Of a stretch of 64,000 nt of DNA, positions 17,562 to 27,213 are shown in pieces (within the stretch, counting starts at the first letter, position 1; every line of letters starts with the position of its first letter). The position numbers were made by a program, and so were the translations under genes. The notes beneath the pieces are model-generated. The model had not been told where the DNA came from and did no database searches. It saw only the letters and a list, made by a program, of their open reading frames with translations. Source of the DNA: a virus (taxonomy: Duplodnaviria; Caudoviricetes); IMG/VR virus record IMGVR_UViG_2931642416_000001, positions 8,874-72,873 of that record; one strand, given 5' to 3'.

Positions 17562-17893
17562 ACAACGATCAGGTGACATGATCCCTGGTGATAGCTTCGG
17601 CGAGAGCCGTCGAGAAGCCCGTCCATCTCCTCCCCGAGTGGGCGGGCTCTCGCCATTTCTGGGCTCCTATACGCCGCTAGAGACTTCAAGACGCGCGCCC
17701 TGTGCTGGAGGCGCGCTGCTCGCGTGACCACTCCTGCCCCCGTAGGTGACTGTCGCGTGAGCCGGGTTGGCGGCCCTCGTCCCGGCGAGGGAGCGGGGCC
17801 GCCAACCCACCCCCATATGCGTGCGGCCCTGACTAGCTGGGGGGTTGGGTCCAGGGCCGCACAACAACCCCCTACAGCCCCCTGGAGACACGC

Positions 17894-18208
17894 ATGCCCC
17901 GGTTCAGGAAGAAGCCCGTCGAGATCGAAGCCATGCTCCTCCCCATCGACCCCACACCCGCGCAGGGCATGGAGGTCTACCAGTGGATCGAGCAGCACAT
18001 CGGCTCCACCCAGCCCGCTGGTGAAGGCCCCGGATACAAGCCTGTCGCTACAGGGGTCACGATCGACCCCACCGACGGCCAGATCGTCATCCGCACCCTC
18101 GAAGGCGATATGAAGGTCAGTCCCGGCGACTACGTCATCCGCGGCGTTGCTGGAGAGTTCTACCCGTGCAAGCCGGACGTGTTCGCCGAGACGTACGAGG
18201 CGGTCTGA
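17894..18208 (+). CDS. PGDYG-like phage protein
   Basis: FRKKPVEIEA...IRTLEG.M...GDYVIRG..GEFYPCKPDVF..TYE. Confidence 0.85.
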   Translation: MPRFRKKPVEIEAMLLPIDPTPAQGMEVYQWIEQHIGSTQPAGEGPGYKPVATGVTIDPTDGQIVIRTLEGDMKVSPGDYVIRGVAGEFYPCKPDVFAETYEAV

Positions 18209-18209
18209 G

Positions 18210-18530
18210 ATGGCAGAGACGACGACCGCCAAGCCGTACCTGTGGGCCGACGCTGATCGCCTGATGTGGCGTACGGAGTCAACCGGCGGCAAGATCGTCA
18301 TGCCGCACGAGCCGTTCCTAACCTGGCTACGCTCGGAGAACATCGACCCCGCCAGGGCGAAGCGGTGCGAGGTCTACGAGGCCCGCGACGGCAAGCCGCC
18401 GTACGCGATCGTCACCCTGTACGAGCTGGACGAGAACGGCCGCAGAGTCCTCGACGAGGTACGCGAGGAATGCGTGACCTACACCGAGATCGTGCCCCTG
18501 TCGTCGCTGCCTCCCTTGACGGAGGTGTGA
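18210..18530 (+). CDS. Phage hypothetical protein
   Basis: ORF with codon bias. Confidence 0.6.
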   Translation: MAETTTAKPYLWADADRLMWRTESTGGKIVMPHEPFLTWLRSENIDPARAKRCEVYEARDGKPPYAIVTLYELDENGRRVLDEVREECVTYTEIVPLSSLPPLTEV

Positions 18531-18533
18531 GCG

Positions 18534-19016
18534 GTGAAGGTCTACCTAGCGACCAGCGGGTCATACTCCGACTTCCGTGTCCAAGGAGTTTTCGCCCGCG
18601 AAGAGGATGCCGCAGCGTACGAACTCGGCGAGAGCGTCTCCGAGTACGAGCTGTGGGAAGGCCCGCAACAGGTCCGGGATTGGCACGAACTGACCTGGTA
18701 CCCGGACCTGCCCGAGCCCGTGTATGAGCGGGACAGCTACTACGGCGGCACGATGAAGATGCCGAACCCGTATGAGGAAACCCTCGTCTACAACCGCCGT
18801 CACTACGACGGGGACGAGCGCCGAGTCGAGCACCACTGGAGGGACGCGGGCGGGGCTCACATCGGCTGCCTGAGAGTGTCCGGCTGGAGTCTGGAGCACA
18901 TCCGCAAGGTGTTCGGGGAGCTGCGGGCCGAGTGGCTGTACTGCAAGTCGCTCGGCATGGTGTGGGACCCGAAGAAGTTCAAGTGGACGCCCGGCGAGGT
19001 GGACACCGATGTCTGA
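18534..19016 (+). CDS. Phage hypothetical protein
   Basis: VYL.TSGSYSDF.V.GVF motif; GGAGG RBS. Confidence 0.65.
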   Translation: MKVYLATSGSYSDFRVQGVFAREEDAAAYELGESVSEYELWEGPQQVRDWHELTWYPDLPEPVYERDSYYGGTMKMPNPYEETLVYNRRHYDGDERRVEHHWRDAGGAHIGCLRVSGWSLEHIRKVFGELRAEWLYCKSLGMVWDPKKFKWTPGEVDTDV

Positions 19017-19398
19017 CCTGCTCTCCTGGTTGAAGGCCACGATAGAGGGCGACAAGGCAGCAGCCGAGAAGGCGCAGCCGGGCCCCTGGCACATCGGCAA
19101 GGCGGTCGATCCGACCAGGCCGTGCAACGTGCACACCTTCCCCGGCGCGCGTGGAGTGGCTGACGAACTGCTGTGGCTCGATGCCGAGCACGTCGTTCGC
19201 CACGACCCCAGGGACACGATCGCCCGCTGCACGGCAGAACTGGCGCTGCTCGACGAGCACGCCGAAGCGAAGGCGCACTACGACAAGCACCTGTCAGCGC
19301 CAGCAGGGGAGCTATACGGCCTCTACTCGGCGATCAAGTGGCTGGCTTCCGGCTACCGCCATCGCGAAGGCTTCAACCCTGAGTGGCTGCGCGAATGA
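19009..19398 (+). CDS. DUF6221-family protein
   Basis: L..WL...I..D, GPW, H..RHDP, LA..Y..R.GF..EW. Confidence 0.8.
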   Translation: MSDLLSWLKATIEGDKAAAEKAQPGPWHIGKAVDPTRPCNVHTFPGARGVADELLWLDAEHVVRHDPRDTIARCTAELALLDEHAEAKAHYDKHLSAPAGELYGLYSAIKWLASGYRHREGFNPEWLRE

Positions 19399-19514
19399 GC
19401 AGGTCAGAAGCCCTAAGCAATCCTTAGACCTCCGGGCGGGTATGAGGACACACCTACCGTGTGCGCCTTCGCTGGGAGCACCCGCCCGGAACAACCCCCC
19501 ACCCTGGAGCCGGC

Positions 19515-19691
19515 ATGGACGCCCTACAGCTCGACCTCGCCACGCTCGTAGGCCGCCTCCAGCAGGTGCAGGACGAAGGCGGCTGGGAGCACGCCTGCCC
19601 GATCGTGTTGGACCGCATCCTCACCTGCGACCTGCCACGCCTGCGCGAGCACCTCAGCGTGGAAGCTGCCGCGCTACTCGACGCCGGCTAG
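19515..19691 (+). CDS. Small hypothetical protein
   Basis: GGAG RBS before ATG. Confidence 0.45.
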   Translation: MDALQLDLATLVGRLQQVQDEGGWEHACPIVLDRILTCDLPRLREHLSVEAAALLDAG

Positions 19692-19738
19692 TAACCCGAC
19701 TCGAATACCTGTTCGTCCTGCTGGGTATCCTCGCTTCC

Positions 19739-19969
19739 ATGCCGCCCGTCGTGAAACTCCCAGCTCACCCCGCTGGAGCAGGTCACATCCTGGCGTGGCG
19801 GCAACGCGCCGACCGGACGTGGGAAGCACTGGTCGAGTACGTGATCGACGCGCCTGGTTTCCGCGGCGGCCTACAGAAACCCGCACAGTCATGGATGCCG
19901 GCACGCGAGGTCCAGCCCGTACAGGGCGAGGACTACAGCAGAGTGCCACGCACTAGGCAAGACGAATGA
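19739..19969 (+). CDS. Small hypothetical protein
   Basis: W...ADRTW.ALV.Y...W.PA..V.P..GEDYS.VPR pattern. Confidence 0.55.
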   Translation: MPPVVKLPAHPAGAGHILAWRQRADRTWEALVEYVIDAPGFRGGLQKPAQSWMPAREVQPVQGEDYSRVPRTRQDE

Positions 19970-19983
19970 CAGACCCGCTCTGC

Positions 19984-20520
19984 TCAGGAATCACCTTGAA
20001 GGTTCCGGTAACGGGCCCATCCTTCCTTCATCTCAGCACGCGTCCTGAGCCCCGTCCGCGCTTGTATTCGCGCCATGTACGTGTGAACAGTGGACAGAGT
20101 AACCTCAAGCCGCCGAGCGATCTGGCGGTCCGTGAGGCCCTGCACCACAAGATCCATACAGTCCTGCTCGCGCGGCGACAAGGTTCCCCACGTCTTATCA
20201 AGCTCGCCTCGAATACGTCCCAGTGACTCAGCAGCCGCAACGAGATCTTGCACTGCGTCCTGCCGCTCAGCCGCATCCAATTCCGGCGACACCACCTGAT
20301 CGGCAAGGGTCGCCACCTGCTCCTCCTGCTTGGCTTCCACGGCAGCGAGGTCGATCTGTCCGCCAGGGAATTGCAGAGAGCTGACGCGGTCGATCAAACG
20401 CCCGAAGGCATCCCTGTGCCTCCGCATGACCAGCCACACCGCCAGGACGACAGCTACTGGCCACGCCACGGCGCCGACCAGGCCGGCAATGGCCTCGATC
20501 AACTTCGCCCAATCCGCCAC
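19984..20520 (-). CDS. Membrane-anchored LuxR-type HTH protein (moron)
   Basis: N-terminal TM AWPVAVVLAVWL; LSPREQDCMDLVVQGLTDRQIARRL...TV..Y. Confidence 0.8.
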   Translation of the reverse strand: MADWAKLIEAIAGLVGAVAWPVAVVLAVWLVMRRHRDAFGRLIDRVSSLQFPGGQIDLAAVEAKQEEQVATLADQVVSPELDAAERQDAVQDLVAAAESLGRIRGELDKTWGTLSPREQDCMDLVVQGLTDRQIARRLEVTLSTVHTYMARIQARTGLRTRAEMKEGWARYRNLQGDS

Positions 20521-20609
20521 ACGCCGATACTGCCTGGCCCGTCAGGCTGCCGGTAGGGCTGTGGCTTGACCGTGACATCAAGAACCCTGCGGCTGATCCC
20601 CGCAGGTTA

Positions 20610-20642
20610 GACGGCCCCGAGCTCCCCGGACTCGGGGCCGTC
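20610..20642. terminator. Hairpin terminator
   Basis: GACGGCCCCGAG...CTCGGGGCCGTC. Confidence 0.6.
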
Positions 20643-20650
20643 GCCACACC

Positions 20651-20887
20651 TCACGTCAGAGCGAAGATGACCTTCTCCTGGTGAATGGTGCAGTGGTAGG
20701 ACCGCAGGGGGCCGAACACGCCCACGAACGGCCCGCCCATCGGCAACTCCCTCGCGGGCACGACCCCCTCATCCACGAGGCCGTCGGTGTGGAACCCGGA
20801 CGAGCAGCACCAGATCCCATCCAGGTTGGAGCTGGTCATCGGGTTGAGTGACCGGCGCTTGAGCAGGGTTACACCGTGTCGGATCAT
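20651..20887 (-). CDS. Small hypothetical protein
   Basis: GGAG RBS upstream of MIRHG. Confidence 0.4.
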   Translation of the reverse strand: MIRHGVTLLKRRSLNPMTSSNLDGIWCCSSGFHTDGLVDEGVVPARELPMGGPFVGVFGPLRSYHCTIHQEKVIFALT

Positions 20888-21076
20888 CGTCGAATCTCCT
20901 TCCGGGAGGGTGGCTAGCAGCACTGGATTGTGCATGCCGCCGGCGCTACTGTCCCCTCCTGCCGGTTTCGTCACTCTCGGTACAAGTCGGCACCCTCTGG
21001 ATACCTACTCTGCGTAACGACAGCAGGAGCGTCTGACCCAGAACCCGCCTCGACGACTTGAACCCTTGGAGGCGAC

Positions 21077-21622
21077 ATGGGGCGGCAAGCCCGCAAATGC
21101 AAGGGCCGCAAGACCAACGGCGAACCCTGCAACAACTACGCCATCACCGGCGGCATGGTGTGCCACGCTCATGGCGGACGCGCCAAGCAGGTGAAGGCGA
21201 AGGCGGCCGAGAGGGTAGCGGAGGAGAAGGTGCGCGCCGCTCTGGCCCGCATGGATGTGGACCCGATCACCGACCCGCTGTCGGAACTGTCGAAGATCGC
21301 AGGCCAGGTCGTCGCCTGGAAGGACACGATCGCCGGCACCGTCAACGAGCTCACCAGCCTCCGCTACTCGACCGAGGGCGGGGAACAGCTCCGGGCCGAG
21401 GTCGCCTTGTTCGAGCGGGCGCTGGACCGGTGCGAGAAGTTCCTGTCGTCCATGGCCCGGCTCAACATCGACGAGCGTCTGGCCCGCATCTCCGAACGGC
21501 AGGCCGACATCATCATCAAGGCGATCACCGCGACCCTCGCCGAGCGAGGCTTGTCGGTGGAGGAGCAGGCGGAGGCGCGGCGTGACGTTGCTCGTAGACT
21601 CCGCGTTGCGTCGAGCGGCTGA
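21077..21622 (+). CDS. terS: Terminase small subunit (HGGxSTG-like N-terminus)
   Basis: C.G..TNG.PC...VC..HGG; directly upstream of TerL. Confidence 0.75.
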   Translation: MGRQARKCKGRKTNGEPCNNYAITGGMVCHAHGGRAKQVKAKAAERVAEEKVRAALARMDVDPITDPLSELSKIAGQVVAWKDTIAGTVNELTSLRYSTEGGEQLRAEVALFERALDRCEKFLSSMARLNIDERLARISERQADIIIKAITATLAERGLSVEEQAEARRDVARRLRVASSG

Positions 21623-23033
21623 CGCCCTCGACGAGGCCGGCCAGCCGAGCCCGTACCTGAACGACCCGGTCGGCTGGGTTAAGGAACGGCTCGGCGGCCA
21701 CCTGTGGTCCAAGCAGCGCGACATCGCCGAGAGCATCGTCCACCACCGCCGCACCGCAGTGAAGTCCTGCCACAACGCCGGCAAGAGCTTCCTCGCGGCG
21801 CAGATCGCCTGCTGGTGGATCGACGTCCACCCGCCCGGCGAAGCGTTCATTGTCTCCACCGCCCCGACCTACGCGCAGGTGCACGCCATCCTGTGGGAGG
21901 AGATCCGCAAGGCGGCGAAGAACCCGGCCGGCGACCCTCTCCCGGGCCGGGTGCTGCAGTCGGATGAGTGGAAGCTCGAAGACGGCACCCTGGTGGGGTG
22001 GGGCCGCAAGCCTGCGGACCAGGACCAGCACGGATTCCAGGGCATCCACCGCCGCTACGTCCTGGTCATCCTCGACGAGGCGTGCGGCATCCCCGAACAA
22101 CTCTGGGTCGCCGTAGAAGCGATCACCACAGGTGCCGACTGCCGGATCCTGGCGATCGGTAACCCGGACGACCCGAACACGGAGTTCGGCAACGTGTGCC
22201 GGCCCGGCTCCGGCTGGAACACGATCCGCATCTCCGGGTTCGACACCCCAAACTTCACCAACGAGCCCTTCCCCGAGCACCTGCGACCACTCATGCTGTC
22301 GCCGGAGTGGGTGGAGGACAAACGGCGCCGCTGGGGCGAAACCTCGCCCCGGTACACGGCCAAGGTGCTGGGCGAGTTCCCCGAGGTCGGCGACGACACG
22401 CTGATCTCGCCGCGCTGGATCGAGGCCGCCCAGCAGCGGACGCTCAACCCGGGCCCGGTGAACGTGCTCGGCGTGGACGTGGCCCGCTTCGGCTCCGACC
22501 GGTCGGTGTTCTGCCTCGCTCGCGGCCCTGTCGCTCGCATCATTGGCGACCACGCACACGCCCGCACCACGGAGACGACTGGCAAGGTCATCGCCGCCAA
22601 GCGCGAGCACCAGGTGCACGAGATCCGCGTGGACGGTGTCGGCGTTGGCTCCGGTGTCGTCGACGAACTCTTGGAAGCAGGGCACGACGTCCTGGACATG
22701 CAGTCCGGTGCCGGCGCCATGGATCGGGAGCACTTCGCCAACGCCCGCGCCGAATGGTGGTGGGGGCTGCGCGAACGGTTCGAGCAGGGTGACATCGACC
22801 TCGACCCCGAAGACGACGAGCTCGCCGCACAGCTTGGGACGCTCAAGTACAAGTACACGGCCCGCGGCCAAGTCCTCATCGAGTCGAAAGACGACATGAA
22901 GAAGCGCGGCCTGCCCTCCCCGGACCGGGCCGACTCGGTGATGCTCGCCTACGCCCACGTACCTCCGCCTGACGAGATCGTCGACGGCGACGAACTCGAC
23001 GACGAACTGGCGCTGAGCATCAGCCCGTACTGA
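21582..23033 (+). CDS. terL: Terminase large subunit
   Basis: SCHNAGKS Walker A; ILDEA Walker B; IGNP; GVDVARFGSD nuclease; SPDRAD. Confidence 0.95.
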   Translation: MTLLVDSALRRAADALDEAGQPSPYLNDPVGWVKERLGGHLWSKQRDIAESIVHHRRTAVKSCHNAGKSFLAAQIACWWIDVHPPGEAFIVSTAPTYAQVHAILWEEIRKAAKNPAGDPLPGRVLQSDEWKLEDGTLVGWGRKPADQDQHGFQGIHRRYVLVILDEACGIPEQLWVAVEAITTGADCRILAIGNPDDPNTEFGNVCRPGSGWNTIRISGFDTPNFTNEPFPEHLRPLMLSPEWVEDKRRRWGETSPRYTAKVLGEFPEVGDDTLISPRWIEAAQQRTLNPGPVNVLGVDVARFGSDRSVFCLARGPVARIIGDHAHARTTETTGKVIAAKREHQVHEIRVDGVGVGSGVVDELLEAGHDVLDMQSGAGAMDREHFANARAEWWWGLRERFEQGDIDLDPEDDELAAQLGTLKYKYTARGQVLIESKDDMKKRGLPSPDRADSVMLAYAHVPPPDEIVDGDELDDELALSISPY

Positions 23034-23049
23034 GCTGAGGGAGGCCGCC

Positions 23050-24753
23050 GTGGGTATCGCCTCCCGACTCCAGGAGACCTTCTACCGGGTGACCGGCCGG
23101 ACCGAACTGGCCGAGGTCGTCAAGGCCGAACGGCAGATGGTCGCCCACCTGCAAGAGTCGATCGCCGACCTTGAGGCCCGCATGTACGAGCCGGGGTGGC
23201 AGCGGCTCACCGCCACGGTGGAGGAGGAGTTCTCCCGGGGCGGGCTGGAGCAGATCACAGCGGTGTGCCGCATCATGACGATCAAGTCGCCGCTTCTCCG
23301 CCGCGGCCTGTCGCTCCGCACGGGCTACGTGTGGGGGCAGGGCGTCCAGATCAGCGCCCGCGCCACGGGGGAGCAGGGGCAGGACGTCAATAGCGTCGTT
23401 CAGCGCTTTTTGGACGATCCCGGGAACCGGCGCACGCTGACCGGCGACCAGGCGCACGAAGAGCTGGAACGGGCCCTCTATAGCGACGGCAACGTGTTTC
23501 TCGCCCTGTTCACCAGCCCGCGCACTGGACGGGTGCAGGTGCGGACGCTGCCTTGGGACGAGATCACAGACGTCATCTGCAACCCCGAAGACCGCAGCGA
23601 GCCCTGGTTCTACCGGCGCGAGTGGTGGCAGGACGTCCGCACCGACTCCGGCGTGATCCAGGAGAGGCGCGTCGCCTACTACCCAGCGCTCGGCTACAAC
23701 CCGCCCCTCAAGCCGCGACGGCTGACGTTCCCCTACTACGGGGACAACCAGCTCGCCGAAGTGCTGTGGGACGCCCCCGTCTACCACGTGCGCGTCAACG
23801 CACAACTCGGCTGGAAGTTCGGGGTGCCCGACTCGTACGCCGCGGTCGACTGGGCGCAGGCGTACAAGTCGTTCTTGGAGGACTGGGCGACCCTCATCAA
23901 GGCGTTGTCACGGTTCGCCTGGCGCCTCACAAGCAAGGGCAGCAAGCAGGCCGCGGCCCGCGCCCGCATCGCACAAGCTCCAGCCACCGACCGCTACAGC
24001 GGAGATCCGCAGCGCGCCGGCGCCACGGCGTTGATGACGCCCGACATGAGCCTAGAAGCGATCCCCAAGAGCGGGGCAACGATCGACTCCGAGTCAGGCC
24101 GGCCTCTCGCCGCCATGGTTGCCGCCGCCCTCGACGTGCCGGTGACGATGCTGCTCGGCGACCCCGGCACCACCGGCGCCAGGGCGACGGCGGAAACGCT
24201 GGACACCCCCACCGAGCGAAGCATGGAGCTGCGCCGCTCCGTGTGGGCGGAAGCGTACCGGCGCATCCTCGACCACGTCATCGACCAGGCCGTCAAGGCT
24301 CCGCAAGGTGCCCTCAAGGGCAAGGTCGTGCGGGACGACGACAACATCGAGACCGTCGAGCTCGCCCAGGACACCGACCGGACGGTGGACATCTCGTTCC
24401 CCGACATCGACGACCTCGACCCCGGCGTCATCATCGACTCGATCACCAAGGCAGACGGCACTGGCTACCTGCCGCCCCTCGTTGTCGTACGCCTCCTCCT
24501 GGAAGCGCTCGGCGTGAGGGACGTCGAGTCCATCCTCGAAGCGCTGACCGACGAGGAAGGCAACTTCCGGCCCCCTGAAGGATTAGCGAAGGGTGCCGGC
24601 CAAGCTGCCATCGATGCCTTCCGTCGTGGGGAGGACCCGGCGGCGCTGCTTGCCGACCGCAAGCCAGGCCAGGCGAACGACGGGCCGGCCGATCCTGAGC
24701 AGGCCGACAAGCAGGACCAGGCCGACACCTCTGAGGATGACGACGAGGAGTAG
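23050..24753 (+). CDS. Portal protein
   Basis: Position after TerL, 567 aa, DGNVF and G.PD motifs. Confidence 0.85.
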   Translation: MGIASRLQETFYRVTGRTELAEVVKAERQMVAHLQESIADLEARMYEPGWQRLTATVEEEFSRGGLEQITAVCRIMTIKSPLLRRGLSLRTGYVWGQGVQISARATGEQGQDVNSVVQRFLDDPGNRRTLTGDQAHEELERALYSDGNVFLALFTSPRTGRVQVRTLPWDEITDVICNPEDRSEPWFYRREWWQDVRTDSGVIQERRVAYYPALGYNPPLKPRRLTFPYYGDNQLAEVLWDAPVYHVRVNAQLGWKFGVPDSYAAVDWAQAYKSFLEDWATLIKALSRFAWRLTSKGSKQAAARARIAQAPATDRYSGDPQRAGATALMTPDMSLEAIPKSGATIDSESGRPLAAMVAAALDVPVTMLLGDPGTTGARATAETLDTPTERSMELRRSVWAEAYRRILDHVIDQAVKAPQGALKGKVVRDDDNIETVELAQDTDRTVDISFPDIDDLDPGVIIDSITKADGTGYLPPLVVVRLLLEALGVRDVESILEALTDEEGNFRPPEGLAKGAGQAAIDAFRRGEDPAALLADRKPGQANDGPADPEQADKQDQADTSEDDDEE

Positions 24754-24756
24754 GCG

Positions 24757-26652
24757 ATGGCGATCACAGCAGAGACGCTGAGGATCGCCGAGCAGCTCCG
24801 CCGGCAGGTTGGCTTCATCGTGGACGGCGTCACCCGCTCCCTGACTGCTGCCTGGGTGAGGGCGTGGGATGAGGTGGTGTTCGATCTCGCCGCCGCGATC
24901 ACCGAACTCCTCCAGATCGGCGACGGTCGGTGGCCGACGAGGCGGCAGATCGAGCGGACCAGCCGCGCCATGCGGGCATTGGACATCGTGGGGGCGAGCC
25001 TGGAACGCCTTGCCACCTTGACGCGCTCCCAGACCGCTACAGCAGCCGCAGAAGCCGCACGGGTGGGACTGCAGGGGCAGGGAGACCTGGTCGCCTCACA
25101 GCTCCCGTACGGGTCCACTCAAGCGCTCGCAGCCCGCTACAGGGCCCAACAGCCGGACACCATCGACGCGATCGTGCGCCGCACCGCCGAGCAGATCAAC
25201 GCCGCACACTGGCCGCTCGCCGATGAGGCAACCGAGGCGATGAAGCGCGAGCTCGTGCGGGGCGTGGTGGTTGGCGACAACCCGCGCACCGCTGCGGCCC
25301 GCATGGTGAAGAACCTGGAAGGCGAGTTCAACGGCGGCCTGACCAGGGCGCTCAACCTCGCCCGCACCGAAACCCTTGATGCTCACCGGCAGGCCGCCGA
25401 GATCGGGCAGGAGCAGCACGGCGACGTCCTCGAAGGGTGGGTGTGGCATGCGGAGCTCAACTCCAGTAGGGGCCGGACCTGCCCGAGCTGCTGGGCCCTT
25501 CACGGGAAGGTCTTCCCGTTAAGCGTTCCGGGGCCGATCGATCACCAGCAAGGCCGCTGCAGCAGGACACCGAAGACCAAGAGCTGGGCGGATCTGGGAT
25601 TCGACATCGACGAGCCTGACGACCTCATCCCCGACGCCCGGCAGGTCTTCAACGACCTGCCCGAGTCGGAGCAGGTCGCCATCATGGGCCGCCGCCGCCT
25701 CGACCTGCTCACGTCCGGCGACATCAGCTGGGACGACCTGTCCGAGCTGCGTACCACCGATGGATGGCGGGACTCGTACGGGGTGCGATCGGTCAAGGAT
25801 CTGGAGCGCATCGCCTCCGGTCGCCAGCCGGAACCGCAGACACACGTCACGCCTCGACCGGCACCGCAGCCCGCGCCGGCCCCCGCTTCTGAACCCATGC
25901 GGGCAGTGCCGGAGGATGCGCAGCCCTACCACCGGACGCTCGACGGCATCGAAGACCTCGCCGACCTCGTCGAAAGCGGCCCGCCAGACGACCGGAGGCC
26001 GCTTGGCGGCGGAGCAGTCGCCGAGGTCGAACTACTCACCTATCCCGACGGCCGCCAGGTGGTCCGCAAAACGGCACGGCCCGGCTCAGGCGGAACGCAG
26101 GAGGCGGCGAGCGAGCAGCTCGCCAGCCTGGTTGCCCGCACGCTGGGCTTGCCGGCGCCGGGCGTCTACCGCAACTCCGACGACGCCATCTTCATGGAGT
26201 ACGTCGCCGGCAAGACAGCTCAGGAGATCATGGGCTGGGGCGGCGACCTCACCCCGGACCTTCGGGCGGCGATCGACAGCAACGAGGGCGCCCTTCTCGG
26301 CCTCTTCGACGTGCTGATCTTCAACTGGGACCGCAACGCCGGCAACTGGCTGCTCGACGACCGGGGCCGTCTGGTGCCGATCGATCACGGTGTCGCCTGG
26401 ACCGAGATGCCGTCCGAAAGCGTCGAGAGCCTGCTGGAGTACATCCAGTCGCCGTTCGCCGACCGGGTGACGGGTGACACCAACCCGTTCACGAAGGCAG
26501 ACATCGCCGAAGTCAGGCAACGCCTCGAAGGGCTGAGGGCCGACTTCGACCACCTCGGCCACGGCTCCTGGATCGACTACGGGATGCAAGTCCTCGACCT
26601 GCTCGCCGACCGTGCACGAGGGCGCCGGAACCTGATCGCGAAGGTACGGTGA
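24757..26652 (+). CDS. MuF/gp7 minor head protein fused to a PI3/4-kinase- or HipA-like kinase domain
   Basis: RA..LARTE, TCPSC..LHG, HQQGRC MuF motifs; Pro-rich linker; LGGG..V...K, E.LAS, N.DRNAGN, IDHG kinase motifs. Confidence 0.85.
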   Translation: MAITAETLRIAEQLRRQVGFIVDGVTRSLTAAWVRAWDEVVFDLAAAITELLQIGDGRWPTRRQIERTSRAMRALDIVGASLERLATLTRSQTATAAAEAARVGLQGQGDLVASQLPYGSTQALAARYRAQQPDTIDAIVRRTAEQINAAHWPLADEATEAMKRELVRGVVVGDNPRTAAARMVKNLEGEFNGGLTRALNLARTETLDAHRQAAEIGQEQHGDVLEGWVWHAELNSSRGRTCPSCWALHGKVFPLSVPGPIDHQQGRCSRTPKTKSWADLGFDIDEPDDLIPDARQVFNDLPESEQVAIMGRRRLDLLTSGDISWDDLSELRTTDGWRDSYGVRSVKDLERIASGRQPEPQTHVTPRPAPQPAPAPASEPMRAVPEDAQPYHRTLDGIEDLADLVESGPPDDRRPLGGGAVAEVELLTYPDGRQVVRKTARPGSGGTQEAASEQLASLVARTLGLPAPGVYRNSDDAIFMEYVAGKTAQEIMGWGGDLTPDLRAAIDSNEGALLGLFDVLIFNWDRNAGNWLLDDRGRLVPIDHGVAWTEMPSESVESLLEYIQSPFADRVTGDTNPFTKADIAEVRQRLEGLRADFDHLGHGSWIDYGMQVLDLLADRARGRRNLIAKVR

Positions 26653-26656
26653 CGTC

Positions 26657-26878
26657 GTGGCCGTCGTGGTGAACATCGTCAGCGTGCGGGACGGGCAGCT
26701 CGTCTCCCGCGCGACCTTGGCCGATGACGGAACCGTCACCTACCAGGGCGACGCCGCCCGGTCCGCTGTGCGCCGCTGGCTGCTCGCGAACCGTGGCCGC
26801 ACCGAGGCCGACGCCATCCGTGCTCTCGCCGTCGACGGGTGGTCCAACGGCTACCTCATGGTGCAGCGCGACCAGTAG
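26657..26878 (+). CDS. Small protein; candidate immunity protein for the MuF kinase
   Basis: Immediately downstream of the MuF fusion; GWSNGY motif. Confidence 0.55.
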   Translation: MAVVVNIVSVRDGQLVSRATLADDGTVTYQGDAARSAVRRWLLANRGRTEADAIRALAVDGWSNGYLMVQRDQ

Positions 26879-27047
26879 ACCGCACCCTCCCTGACCTCTC
26901 GGCTGTCCCGTTCGCGCCCTCTCAGCTGCCCGGATGGAGGCTGATTGCGCCCTACGGGCCGCGTTGGCGTCGCGGTGTAGGGCGGGGAGCTAGCCAGCCC
27001 GCAGCGGCGGGACGGCCGACCTCTATCCATCCCGCTCGGAGGACCTG

Positions 27048-27200
27048 ATGTCCGTGCCCGAACTCCTGACCATCATCGCCGCCCTGTGTCTGCTCGCCGC
27101 AGCCATCTACGCCGCCGTCCACAAGGCGTGGATTGCCGCGCTCGTGTGCACAGCCGGAACCCTGCTCGTCTTCGCCGGCTTCCTGCCTGACATCACCTGA
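27048..27200 (+). CDS. 50-aa two-TM membrane protein (not in ORF track)
   Basis: GGAGG RBS; MSVPELLTIIAALCLLAAAIYAAVHKAWIAALVCTAGTLLVFAGFLPDIT. Confidence 0.65.
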   Translation: MSVPELLTIIAALCLLAAAIYAAVHKAWIAALVCTAGTLLVFAGFLPDIT

Positions 27201-27213
27201 CCTGGAGGTCACC

